Notes under the pieces: model-generated
The model's database searches: none
The model's input: only the letters and a program-made list of their open reading frames with translations
What the model was told of the DNA's origin: nothing
IMG/VR virus record: IMGVR_UViG_3300032087_005679
Coordinates: 10,196-74,195 of that record
DNA: 64,000 bases
From: a virus
Direction: 5' to 3' (one strand)
Made by a program: the position numbers and the translations under genes
In this document: positions 11,001 to 19,271 of the stretch, in pieces
Position numbering within the stretch: position 1 is the first letter of the stretch
Layout of the letters: every line of letters starts with the position of its first letter

Positions 11001-11759
11001 TGGAACAACTGTTAAGGTTGTTGAAGCAACGGAAGCGAGAGGACCCATTGTGAGGACAAATGATTCTCTTCTTTCGGAGGTTTTCATTGGAGCATTATGG
11101 CGGGAAAGCATACCTCCCACAAATCTTTCCGTAAATGGACCCTGCATGGGTATTTCACCCTGATAGGACTGAATCTTATCGTCATGAAGATTTTCAAAAC
11201 TAACGTCGCTGACGCCTCTAGATATAAGAGACGCTTGGTACCCAGATGTCACACTAGAACTAAAAAGACTAAATGGTACAATTTGTTCGCCAACATATGA
11301 TTCGCCATCCATTGTAGCACCAAAAGATACTCTCTTTTTAGTATTTGGATACACCAGGTCTGTTATGTCAAGTTCTGTATCAAAATCACCAATCGTTATG
11401 TCACCCAGATGATACTTTTTATTCTTAGGTTGATTACTTCCACCATAAAAAACATCGGCGAACTCTGCATCGTGTTTAAAATTTCTACTGTGGTCTAAGT
11501 TTCTAAGAGCTTCTCTCTGTACTGCTTGACGAGAATAAAGATTATCTCCAGAACTTGAGAGCGCCGTGGCATATCTTTCTGCTCTGTGTTGCCACCAAGA
11601 TGCATTCTCGTTCTCAAGACCTGAGATAGGAGCATGATTATACTTCCAACTGGTTGGACTTTGCAGTCTTGTCCTTAGGGTACTTCTTTGGTTTGAGCCA
11701 CCTATCACTCTTTTATTTGGGCTAGGAGGTATTGTATCAATTATTGTTTTATTTGCCAT
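5094..11759 (-). CDS. Giant virion/tail-associated protein (2221 aa)
   Basis: Very long ORF rich in SGS/TGS/SSS, with two Thr/Ala/Gly-rich inserted modules; lies downstream of the LamG and baseplate genes. Confidence 0.65.
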   Translation of the reverse strand: MANKTIIDTIPPSPNKRVIGGSNQRSTLRTRLQSPTSWKYNHAPISGLENENASWWQHRAERYATALSSSGDNLYSRQAVQREALRNLDHSRNFKHDAEFADVFYGGSNQPKNKKYHLGDITIGDFDTELDITDLVYPNTKKRVSFGATMDGESYVGEQIVPFSLFSSSVTSGYQASLISRGVSDVSFENLHDDKIQSYQGEIPMQGPFTERFVGGMLSRHNAPMKTSERRESFVLTMGPLASVASTTLTVVPTADPETTFDTESITITLGGVTYTGTFDSFTDIADSTKSLIGIADASNQNHVAQALVNSLNASATDDGLPIVASIGGSANEVDIVGTFVGTRDNGEAFTGTPITESEITAPAFGGGSAGRSMNRPTAGNPQGDFLRGHGAKAPINIQNIETLFTSDSIRVVGNYIKKYETVQTVDRSATNMDFAYNSENYAHNAPTAFLTTIEMRALDRTGSADYPAPRQVASRKTNKTIIAGRFSSPGSKTDSSQLFRDVRSDQFSPNNALPFRNVVVRKPFIKDLGTHTGQGGYLGTSTTVAALEKTQRNSTQRLEIDTTSPTLTFVTGTQYDTYFCMRPIPAGDSTQWFYSLSGSDTDTYSKYVLSGSRYPALMELTKASLQFPVAAVNAAGTVTAGSGLEADWNTKVLELTDNESTPNTVEFTFLSSKAGDSVVQVGPTEYQLGINGYTQATEYAEVIRLGVAQANVDGNLDIIPTPVFIPSAIVQLTQGTAGSGGNTTIAGNVIGGAATTTDFTGGSDAFGTYYGPSVFTGSDGLPHFIWTDYGTEYSAPWTQLRAANKNVARFYRKNNLYEISPKTVSFETLGKDSPSKKFDPSTFQRVSFDQTGNSRTSFYSKRFYESPISSKYKPLRHTITTSVVSEETGKKTDIDVGVDYSYGTSLLGFANQDLNTEILGSPKHSFGKVKRPYELLREQASDELSRDLNDIKTIKQFIYEETIYPKDQYTYMSGSRSRLSFDNNFWRDNKSILTSTDSGYLIFSNFYSFRIDDIIDGSETSEQYNSQWYRIRTGLTNSQGYGARAQEQSPYSFFDSSFPRASGPGLGSIWPLDSFLWSDQISVYEAQLTGTFNTPVLLADQSTLGSGELMTPYFYAVDDNNTNAIDSLNGLTSSYGTLGTYQTNIVSAQYVHTTAHVTGAYISSPNQYQPEPRVPGNVYTLPKWTAGGSRRYIDGPLRGQLLEPSYPFYNSYEKYVEDIRLVGKDHTIIPEFRVSEHIREYKDNASFLSVVESSLELTGASRDIYDSTSTGFYDRYATTDQMQFLEDFMSFDKSDKNYIFNNFPRQFEISSDAIVKLLPYEGFYPVNRTLQIATHFSESYSSSFQFEGTNAGERRALRTVLRPFFSPGILYNSIKSGVAVDYPVRRADRDYPLSWALINPEIFNRFTNKELSKMGSPLYNGGLYALTYEEILALDDNIASNGLLPSNSRRLQNMNFGSDDEGTINKALFYGDRLPFDSILAPENYLSTGSFSPIISNDSTDYWQYVYASASIEPSALTDTFLYKKSISNFLANVPHFFLKNKSNRYGHDGKLTKFVSQFGSAPKGSQEASSPERKVSVDSNSAYMMEIGLIKTDQFNLYSNPHAFGPATFTHAQINTWDTLKASGSFVPNHPAWPRHRGEFAPFTAPYYYGPSVVRITFMPNGTKEEYTLDEIINNDRGEVFVDFINESGSYYDISSGSFVDSTGAEITSSVMPGYGWNRAWLNRMDIDASIFINNEFETGNGNKYKSSDPNKWTIMTKWESPILDFPNRPVSDTSYDFSSSVTPGEYTQTTQGMWHQYGVEPQEDNGVYLYIKDIPTGEHEEYDLVARSFVTTGTKPVPYTDFSGSYHYVKKTPKYVIDSGRTVESLADLCGFDPKEIMRKGFDPKKAKRLGQLADDGENSISEAILALPFYLDDAGSPRLVNVQAPANKLGPKIKEFRKNFTKYSLPPSLSYKLLGLVPKGYPQVPDVINPFGPDEYDEALKGSDLLQTPVVYLMEHKVSLSKQDLADIWQNVMPDISRKIAFSYSAIDHYMPGDNIDEKTTQFPEVLREQIKLGVVRDGHPRYDLLDIAEKCSDGFVPEIRWLVFKVKQRGITSYEQLIAEEVDGPNALGYDNSKELMSLQGLPTQEIEKILGDRDEFSKQVYIQKHSLDSPTYNWPYDYCSLIELAKINAKVGFRPELDKEYQEEELRSSLTVTQETSLVNQIEAIAKNVKLSDNE

Positions 11760-11763
11760 TTAG

Positions 11764-11770
11764 TAACTAG
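11764..11770 (-). promoter_or_regulatory. Candidate late-promoter motif CTAGTTA, 4 nt upstream of ATG
   Basis: Minus strand reads CTAGTTA CTAA ATG. Confidence 0.5.
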
Positions 11771-11792
11771 TCTCTAATTGTATATCTTATTG

Positions 11793-14700
11793 TCAAATGC
11801 CACCAATATTAGGATTGAAATCATCATTAGGAGGCAACCCTGGTGTATTACCGTTCTCACGATCATCTCGAACTTGTGGTTGTCCTGCATTTGGATCTGG
11901 TCCAAAACCTCTTGAAGGCGCATTTGAAGGCGGTTGCTCTCTGGGTGGTTGCTGTCTTTCAACTCTGTTTCCACCAAGATTGTTTACGTCAGAATTATAT
12001 CCATTTGGTGCAAGCGGTCTTTGCGGAGGAAAAGAAGAGGGATGATTAGGGTCTCCTGCTACACCCATGGGCTCATAACTTCCGCCTATATTTGCTATTG
12101 GTCCAGAAGCTCCAACTCCCCAAGGGTAGGCATATTTTATAATTGGCGGCTTGTGTTGAATTTTATTTCTTTCAAGCGTATGACTCTCAACAACATTTCT
12201 AACATTGGGTGCATACCTAGCAGAAATAGGGAACATCTGCTGTATCATGTCACCAACAGCAGAATCTAACCACTTGTAATATTGTAAATATTTTTCTAGG
12301 TCTATTGTCTCATTTCTTACTTTGCGAAAGAATATTTCTCTCAACTTTTCCATCTTCTTGTAGTTCATTCTGTATTTATTTACAGGTTCACCAACAAGAT
12401 TATTGAATTCTTTTATTGATGCAAAAAGATGAAGCATCCTATTTGAAATACCTCTATACATGCTTTTCTCTATTGCATAGAAGCTACTAGCTGGCTTTTT
12501 ATAGGTTCCAAAAACTTGGTCGTCATTTGACATAACCTTAACCATCTCAGTTGAAGAGATATATTCTAAAGGTAAAAGTTTCTCTGAATAGACATATTGC
12601 TTCTTAGCTGGTGTGGCATAAGCTGTAAAAAAGTCACCACGTCCAGGGTGTTGCCGTAAATTGATATCACTAAGGACCGACCCTTGATAGTTTCCAATAT
12701 ACTCTGAGTCTGCTGAGCCAGATGACAAATCCAAGACTGTAAACCTTCCAGATGCGTCACTTGTTGTAATATCAGAAAACTCCCAATTTAAAGCAAGTGT
12801 CTGAATTGATGGTGTATAAGTCGTGATTGACCCTGTCTGAAAAAGATAGGGGTTACGGCTTGGATGTAAGACACCATGTGTGTCTGTTTCTTTAGCCTGC
12901 AAATCTAAAATATCGGTAGACAAAAAGTCAGACCAATACCTCACACTGGAAACTCTAACATCTGTCTGTACTTCTACAGAGCCTGTGAAGTTTGTTCTAT
13001 GTGCCCCTGCGTATACTCGCTTAGCGTTGGATAAAAGATTTGAACCCGTTGTATATGTTACAGTGGTCGTCTCAGAAAAGCTGTGCTTTTTCTGTCCTAG
13101 GTCATAGTTTACTCCATATAGTTGAAGTTCATATTCACTTGTCCCGACAGCAGTTCCGAGAACACTATCAGAAAACGGATATTTTGTTGGCTTCAAAGTC
13201 AAAGAAAGGTTCCACTTTTTATTTTCATATACATTTCGATAAATGCTAGAAGTCAGAAGAGTATCGCCTGCACGATTCTTTACAACAAAAAATGCATCCT
13301 TAACTTTGTGAGTTGGAGATGTAATCTCTGAAAATTCTCCTGGTGACTTTACAGCATATATTTGCAATCCATAATCATCGTTTATGCTATCAGGCCAGGT
13401 AAGATCATTAGAAGTACCATCAAGAACTTTTGGATTGTGGAATCCAAACAGAGAAGAACTAACAACTTGTGGTACTTGGTTGCTTGTATTATAAATTGGT
13501 TGTTTGTCTGGAAACAAAAATTCAGCTTGCAAAGTAAACGCATACTGATCTAGATCAAGAGAACTGCTTATTAGTCCTGATGAATTTGATATTGAAGAAT
13601 CATAGTATTGATATACAGTTGCGTCTGCGTCTGTACTTGTTGATAGCGATGAGAAATCAATGTATTTCTTCTCGCTGACTGTTGATAAATAACTACTACT
13701 TATTTCATAGTCAGCGTCATTGGAATAACTGTTTAGTGTTATAACTTCTTCCCCAACACCAAAACACCTTATGAAATTTCTAATTGCTTTTTCATTACCC
13801 TTTGATTTAAGAATATAACTCAAGTTATTATAAACATTCTTATAAATTGAATTCTTTATGTCTTCCAGGTGCTGATCAAAGTTTATACTTTCATCACGCT
13901 GCATGAATTGTTCTAATATTCCTATATTCTCAAACAATTCAGGTGTATCAATGCCTAAGTTTTCTATCAATCTGTCGTTATATGGAAACTCGTCAATTGA
14001 ATTAGTCAAAGAGCCGCTAATGTACTTGTTGTACTTAAGCTCCCTTAGGGCGGTAACTTGGTTATAGATCGTATCAAAATAACTCGATATTATTTGAGTT
14101 ATTTTTTCAATCTCATTGTCTGCTTTTTCTTCTTCCTCTATTATCCACGCTGGTAAATGATTTAAAAGTCTAGCATTGTTTTCATAATCATACCTTGACC
14201 CTGAGTGTTGGTAAGATGCTTTTGTGGAACTTAAGGTAGGGTTTGTGCTTCTAACTATTGGATCGCCACGTTCTGTTACAGAAGTTATGTTTTGCTGATC
14301 AATTGCTGAACCTGTGTTTCTGGAATAATTGGCATCATACCCAACGTACAAACCATTAGATACTCTCCCTGAATAATCTAACACTACCTGATCTAAGCTG
14401 GCTGTTTGTGTGATACCTTCGTTAAACTTATAATACACGCCAAGACTAACGTTAGCATCGTATTTATCAGACCCGCCATTGACATTATCAAACCAATACC
14501 TGCCAATTTGTTCAGAAGTTCTTTTTGTCTTCCAAAATCTAAATTCATCCAAAGAGGCGGATAACTTACCAGCACCCTCATAAGTTGCAGGAAGTGAACC
14601 TGTTGGGTTTTGTCTAAGTGCGCCGATGTTTCCTATCATAGTGCCAGTTACTTCATTTACAACTTTTGCGCCAGCACCATTGGATTGAATTCCAGTTTCG

Positions 14701-15539
14701 ATACATACGCCGTTGAGGTAAAAGTCTAAAAGACCAACATTATTAGATGTATCAAAGACAAACCCAAAGTTTCTCCAAGTACCATCAGATATGGTAATTT
14801 GTCCTGCTGTTGATGGTACCAAAACATTATCGAACCCAGAATTACCAGACAACATTGTGACTCTAAATTGAGTTTCAGACCCTGAGACTAGTTCTATTCT
14901 TAGTCTACCATAGTCATCCGCAGATGTGTCAGACTGTCCGTTCGTTAAGTCAAATATTACTTGATTAGGAGACTGGGATCCTGAATCTATTAATTCGTTT
15001 TTCTGGAGAAAGAACTCAACTGTAGACCCACTTGGACCACCGAACTCCAGATTGGAAGTTCTGTTTTTATCTGCATCGTATTTAGTTCCAATATGTGGTC
15101 CACCTTTGATTTGGATATACTGATCTAAAGAAGAAGAATAATAACCAACTGAGTTGGAATATATTGTTCCATACTCAACTCCATTGGTTACAAATCCTGT
15201 TGATCTTGGATAAATTACATCAAGAGTATATTTCTCCAGTGGGTTTATCTCGTTGTAAAAATTTGTTTTTTCATACCCAGAACCATCATAGGGATAGTAG
15301 CTGGTTATATAATCAAAAGCATTAGTATAGTACTGATAAGCCGACCCAAACCGAACAAAGTTTTCTGGTTTTGAATAATCTATTGGTGGAAGAAAATAAT
15401 TCTTTTTCTTTTGTAAGGCTGATAAATGTTCTGAGGACTCTATTCCATTACTTAGAGACTCTGGCGAACTTGGTGGCAGATACTTGTTTACTAAAGTACC
15501 TTTTTTCTTATTGCGATATAAGTCTTTTAAGCTGCTCAT
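11793..15539 (-). CDS. LamG/concanavalin-A-like domain virion (baseplate/tail) protein (1248 aa)
   Basis: LamG-type motifs TVEFFL, DGTWRNFGFVFD, FYLNG, SLDEFRFW and VYYKFNEG; Pro/Gln-rich C-terminal tail. Confidence 0.75.
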   Translation of the reverse strand: MSSLKDLYRNKKKGTLVNKYLPPSSPESLSNGIESSEHLSALQKKKNYFLPPIDYSKPENFVRFGSAYQYYTNAFDYITSYYPYDGSGYEKTNFYNEINPLEKYTLDVIYPRSTGFVTNGVEYGTIYSNSVGYYSSSLDQYIQIKGGPHIGTKYDADKNRTSNLEFGGPSGSTVEFFLQKNELIDSGSQSPNQVIFDLTNGQSDTSADDYGRLRIELVSGSETQFRVTMLSGNSGFDNVLVPSTAGQITISDGTWRNFGFVFDTSNNVGLLDFYLNGVCIETGIQSNGAGAKVVNEVTGTMIGNIGALRQNPTGSLPATYEGAGKLSASLDEFRFWKTKRTSEQIGRYWFDNVNGGSDKYDANVSLGVYYKFNEGITQTASLDQVVLDYSGRVSNGLYVGYDANYSRNTGSAIDQQNITSVTERGDPIVRSTNPTLSSTKASYQHSGSRYDYENNARLLNHLPAWIIEEEEKADNEIEKITQIISSYFDTIYNQVTALRELKYNKYISGSLTNSIDEFPYNDRLIENLGIDTPELFENIGILEQFMQRDESINFDQHLEDIKNSIYKNVYNNLSYILKSKGNEKAIRNFIRCFGVGEEVITLNSYSNDADYEISSSYLSTVSEKKYIDFSSLSTSTDADATVYQYYDSSISNSSGLISSSLDLDQYAFTLQAEFLFPDKQPIYNTSNQVPQVVSSSLFGFHNPKVLDGTSNDLTWPDSINDDYGLQIYAVKSPGEFSEITSPTHKVKDAFFVVKNRAGDTLLTSSIYRNVYENKKWNLSLTLKPTKYPFSDSVLGTAVGTSEYELQLYGVNYDLGQKKHSFSETTTVTYTTGSNLLSNAKRVYAGAHRTNFTGSVEVQTDVRVSSVRYWSDFLSTDILDLQAKETDTHGVLHPSRNPYLFQTGSITTYTPSIQTLALNWEFSDITTSDASGRFTVLDLSSGSADSEYIGNYQGSVLSDINLRQHPGRGDFFTAYATPAKKQYVYSEKLLPLEYISSTEMVKVMSNDDQVFGTYKKPASSFYAIEKSMYRGISNRMLHLFASIKEFNNLVGEPVNKYRMNYKKMEKLREIFFRKVRNETIDLEKYLQYYKWLDSAVGDMIQQMFPISARYAPNVRNVVESHTLERNKIQHKPPIIKYAYPWGVGASGPIANIGGSYEPMGVAGDPNHPSSFPPQRPLAPNGYNSDVNNLGGNRVERQQPPREQPPSNAPSRGFGPDPNAGQPQVRDDRENGNTPGLPPNDDFNPNIGGI

Positions 15540-17053
15540 ACATCATCTTCTTTTATCGTAAACTTAAACAATTCATTTTGCTCTCTATATTCACCTTGTA
15601 AATAGTAAGCGAACTGAATTCCATACGAATATCCTGGTTCTAAGAAAGATGTATCTAGTTCGAAATAACTTCCACTAACATCGTAAGATAATCGTGTAAA
15701 GTTATTAACAACACTGCCTGTGCCAAACGGAACTATTTCAAGATTGTCTATCGTTCTAGTGATCCTATAGTAAGCATCTTCTATAATAGTTGGCAAAATC
15801 TCTTGTGTTGCGACTGTGTATATGTTAGGACTCCAGTCTTTTTCTCTGGTAAACACTCTTAGTTTTGGCTTTTGCCCCTTAGTATAAGAGTTTTCCAAGT
15901 TCGTAATACTAGTGATATACTCTGTATCATATAATAAATCTGAAGTCTCTACTGGAACAGGCTCGTAAGAACCTGTAAAGAAATTTATTCTCGACGCCCC
16001 TGAGCCTGTGTGCCACACATCGAAAACTACATCTAAAGAACTTGTAGAAGCAAAAGAAGCAGTATATATGCCTGTTGCTATCACACCATTTTCTTTCAAT
16101 AGTCCAGCGGTCAAGGATGTTACTGTGGCTCCATCTGAATCAACAACAGTGAGAGGGGAACCTACTGGTGTCAAAGTGCCAGAATATAGTTCTACATTCA
16201 TAAGATTGTTATTAAGACCAGGAACATTAGACAACTGACCTCTGATAACGTTATATAAGTATAGAGTATTTATATTGTCATCAGATGTAGCAAGGCTGCT
16301 ACTAATGTAGAAATTTCCTCTGTTATCTTTCCTTGAAGAATCCCATCTAGCCTCAAGGGTTGGTTGATAGTGATAGAATTCGCTAGTTCTTGAAAAGAAC
16401 TTTTTAGAATATAAAGTTTGAGAGGATGATAAGTCTGTATCAGGGAACTTTATCAAGAACCCATAATTCTCTATCTGATTTGAGTTATCAAGCCACTTAT
16501 AAACCTGTTCGGAGACATCTATAGATATATTCTCCAAACCTGTTTCAAAAGATATACTAGCAGACGTATTGAGACCAGAAATAAAAGTAGATCCTGTAAC
16601 GTCCCAATCAACTGTTGATGTCGCCTTGTCCCAGTTACTATAGCCTTCATCTGTGTAACTGTCCATATCTAACCCACGACCTTCACTCCAACTTTGAGAT
16701 ACCATACAAAGATCAAGAGTGAAATTTTCTGGCAAAGTGTCACCGTGTGGAGCATTATACAAGTTCAGATGAAATTTTATGCTAGAAGAATCCGATGGGA
16801 TAACTCCTGCTGTCATATCTGCTGAAATACTGTTAACAGGAAATTGAATAAGTATCCTACTTTGTTCTGCAATTTGGGCGTTGTTTAGGGATGGTGTATC
16901 ATCAATTGAGGCAGAGTTTTGTCCGTGAATAACAAATGCCTCCAATATATCAGAAGCACCCATATTCGAACCAGTAGCACGAGTAATAAGGTTTGGCTCA
17001 AAAGCGTTTGTTATAGTATTGTCTAGTGTCGCAAAATATTTCTTAATACCCAT
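15536..17053 (-). CDS. Virion structural protein, DNRLRE/CBM96-like domain probable (505 aa)
   Basis: SRILIQF...SQSWSEG...NYGFLIK...FFSR...PTLEARWD pattern; TAATG coupling with the wedge gene. Confidence 0.55.
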   Translation of the reverse strand: MGIKKYFATLDNTITNAFEPNLITRATGSNMGASDILEAFVIHGQNSASIDDTPSLNNAQIAEQSRILIQFPVNSISADMTAGVIPSDSSSIKFHLNLYNAPHGDTLPENFTLDLCMVSQSWSEGRGLDMDSYTDEGYSNWDKATSTVDWDVTGSTFISGLNTSASISFETGLENISIDVSEQVYKWLDNSNQIENYGFLIKFPDTDLSSSQTLYSKKFFSRTSEFYHYQPTLEARWDSSRKDNRGNFYISSSLATSDDNINTLYLYNVIRGQLSNVPGLNNNLMNVELYSGTLTPVGSPLTVVDSDGATVTSLTAGLLKENGVIATGIYTASFASTSSLDVVFDVWHTGSGASRINFFTGSYEPVPVETSDLLYDTEYITSITNLENSYTKGQKPKLRVFTREKDWSPNIYTVATQEILPTIIEDAYYRITRTIDNLEIVPFGTGSVVNNFTRLSYDVSGSYFELDTSFLEPGYSYGIQFAYYLQGEYREQNELFKFTIKEDDV

Positions 17054-18849
17054 TATCTGACAACTCCTATTATGTCTGTGTTTGGATACAAAATTTCTGC
17101 CGCTGAGTCTTGCGGAATATTGAGATATCTCCCGTCAGAGGACAAATTAGAATCTATATCATAACTGTAATTACTATAAAGACCACCTACTACGTTGTAT
17201 AACTCAACATTTCTGGCATCTGTAACTCCTGGCACATCATTGAGGAGCCTGAGAATATCTGAAATAAACACGGACTCTCCTAAAGAAAATTTTATATACA
17301 ACATCTTGTCGATTAACTTTCTGTTGCACCTTTCTAGAAGATCATATCTATTAACATCAAGATCAGCAATAACCTCATATCGAATTCCGATGTTTATAAT
17401 TTTACCATCCAATATATCAATGGTGTCATTAATCATTTTGTATCTTTCTAGCCAAGTTTTTAGATTTTCTTTCAGGACTAGATTAGGTTGTGCCAGATTT
17501 CCATTACTATCTTCAGTCAACACGTACATGTTTAAGTTTCTCTTGAGAGAATCTTCGTCTCGCACAACGTTAGCTCTTTTTATTTTTCCAAATTTTGGGT
17601 TCATTCGATAAGCTACGTTTATGTAATCTTCTCTTGTAACAGCACGACTTTGTGATGCAAAGGTCCCAAGAGCACGTACTTTTACTTCGTCAGCACTAAG
17701 TGGTGACAGATCACCAAGAATTGCATCCTCGTTTTCTACCTCTATAGAACCAAGCATAGTTGATATAACAGTCTCAGATAACAATGATCTGTTGCGAAAC
17801 AAAAGACTTGGACTTATGATGCCCGTTATTGTGCCAACAGAAGCATTTGAGACAGGTGTTGTATTTGCAGTATAACTAATTGTCAAAGTAGTGTTAGTAG
17901 GCACAACACCGAATTTGTCTGTCTTGATAAGATTAGTAGGATCAAATGTTTCATCTGTAACGTATGGTTTGCCACTAACATTCAGAACAACATCTGCTGG
18001 GTCTGCTAATAAATTTCCAGTAATGTTATCCTCAGACCCATAACCAAATTGAACATGTGTTCTGTTTTCTAAATCATGCTCCACTACAAATCTTCTTGGG
18101 ACTGGCTTCAACCTCATTGTATAGGGCACAGTTTCTCTAGAGTTATCGTCTGTGTTTTTTACTTGTGCGACAACTACATCTTGAGATAGGTTATCAACTT
18201 CATAATATTCATGACCTTGAGAATCTTTGATGGATAATATCTCTGTAATATTTGATCTATCAAGAGTAAGTTTTAAAAATCTTTCGTAGTTACCAACTTC
18301 TATTTGTTCTTGGTAGTTTTGACCTGACATTACTTCGCCAAATGCTTTTACCGCAAAGTATGTTGGGTTACCTGTTGTTTCATCTGTTCTTGCAACAGTT
18401 AGCTCGTTGTTTGGATCAGTAAAATCAACATCAGCTATTAAAGTATATACAGATCCATTTTCACTGCTAAATGTTGATCCTGCTTCCAAAATTGGAAAGT
18501 AATTTAAATCTGGTTCTCTTGAGTTCGATGTTACTGGTACAAGCATATAAATAGAAACTTGCCCTGTTGATTTGCCAGCGCCTTGGTGCTTGTACCCAAG
18601 AGTTTTTGCTAACCTTACAACATTGTCATATCTAATTGCGGTATCTAAGAAACTTTCGTTTGCCTGGAAGTCTGCATAAAACGAAAGTTGATCGCCAACA
18701 TAAGCTACCATATCAAGCATCAAAGAACCAAAAGATGCCTCAGTGAAATCTTTAAATGTACTGGGATAATATCTTTTGGCGTAATTCTCTAGATCATTCT
18801 TGATACTCTCAAAGTCTCTACTAGTATAATTTATTGGTCTCTTAGGCAT
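17053..18849 (-). CDS. Baseplate wedge subunit (T4 gp6 / baseplate J-like)
   Basis: INYTSRDFESIK, LDMVAYVGDQLSFY...ESFLDTA and QSRAVTREDY motifs; adjacent to the gp25-like gene. Confidence 0.88.
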   Translation of the reverse strand: MPKRPINYTSRDFESIKNDLENYAKRYYPSTFKDFTEASFGSLMLDMVAYVGDQLSFYADFQANESFLDTAIRYDNVVRLAKTLGYKHQGAGKSTGQVSIYMLVPVTSNSREPDLNYFPILEAGSTFSSENGSVYTLIADVDFTDPNNELTVARTDETTGNPTYFAVKAFGEVMSGQNYQEQIEVGNYERFLKLTLDRSNITEILSIKDSQGHEYYEVDNLSQDVVVAQVKNTDDNSRETVPYTMRLKPVPRRFVVEHDLENRTHVQFGYGSEDNITGNLLADPADVVLNVSGKPYVTDETFDPTNLIKTDKFGVVPTNTTLTISYTANTTPVSNASVGTITGIISPSLLFRNRSLLSETVISTMLGSIEVENEDAILGDLSPLSADEVKVRALGTFASQSRAVTREDYINVAYRMNPKFGKIKRANVVRDEDSLKRNLNMYVLTEDSNGNLAQPNLVLKENLKTWLERYKMINDTIDILDGKIINIGIRYEVIADLDVNRYDLLERCNRKLIDKMLYIKFSLGESVFISDILRLLNDVPGVTDARNVELYNVVGGLYSNYSYDIDSNLSSDGRYLNIPQDSAAEILYPNTDIIGVVR

Positions 18850-18866
18850 CGTTTTTTTTCCTTGCT

Positions 18867-19271
18867 TTAACTAGTTGTTGTGTGAGTTATTACTAGATTA
18901 TCTTGAGCGTTTAAGGGTAAAATATTATACATAACATTGATCCTAACCTCATTGAAGTGCAGAGATGGATCCTCATCGCTTGTAATAAAATCAACACCTG
19001 TAAGATTAATAATTGGCATATAGATAGAAATTTGTTCTTTCATTCTGTCTACCACTTGACCGAACGCTGTTTCACTTATGTTCTCAAATAGAAACCTTCG
19101 TAGACCAACTCCAAACTCTGGCTCCATTATTCTTTCACCAGGAGAGGTCAACAATAACATCTTAAAATTTTGCTTTACAGCATCTAAAAGATTGCTGTTT
19201 AACTCATACGGACCATAGGTCTTGCTGTAGACTAGTGGTACTTTTGGAGATATGCCTTGTAGTTTACTCAT
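18867..19271 (-). CDS. Baseplate wedge gp25/GPW-like protein
   Basis: KQNFKMLLLTSPGERIMEPEFGVGLRRFLFE signature. Confidence 0.9.
   Translation of the reverse strand: MSKLQGISPKVPLVYSKTYGPYELNSNLLDAVKQNFKMLLLTSPGERIMEPEFGVGLRRFLFENISETAFGQVVDRMKEQISIYMPIINLTGVDFITSDEDPSLHFNEVRINVMYNILPLNAQDNLVITHTTTS

Noticed and set aside
11760-11795. Stop-codon readthrough joining the in-frame 1248-aa and 2221-aa ORFs
   Set aside because: The junction has three in-frame stops (TGA, TAA, TAA), and the second ORF has its own promoter-like motif.
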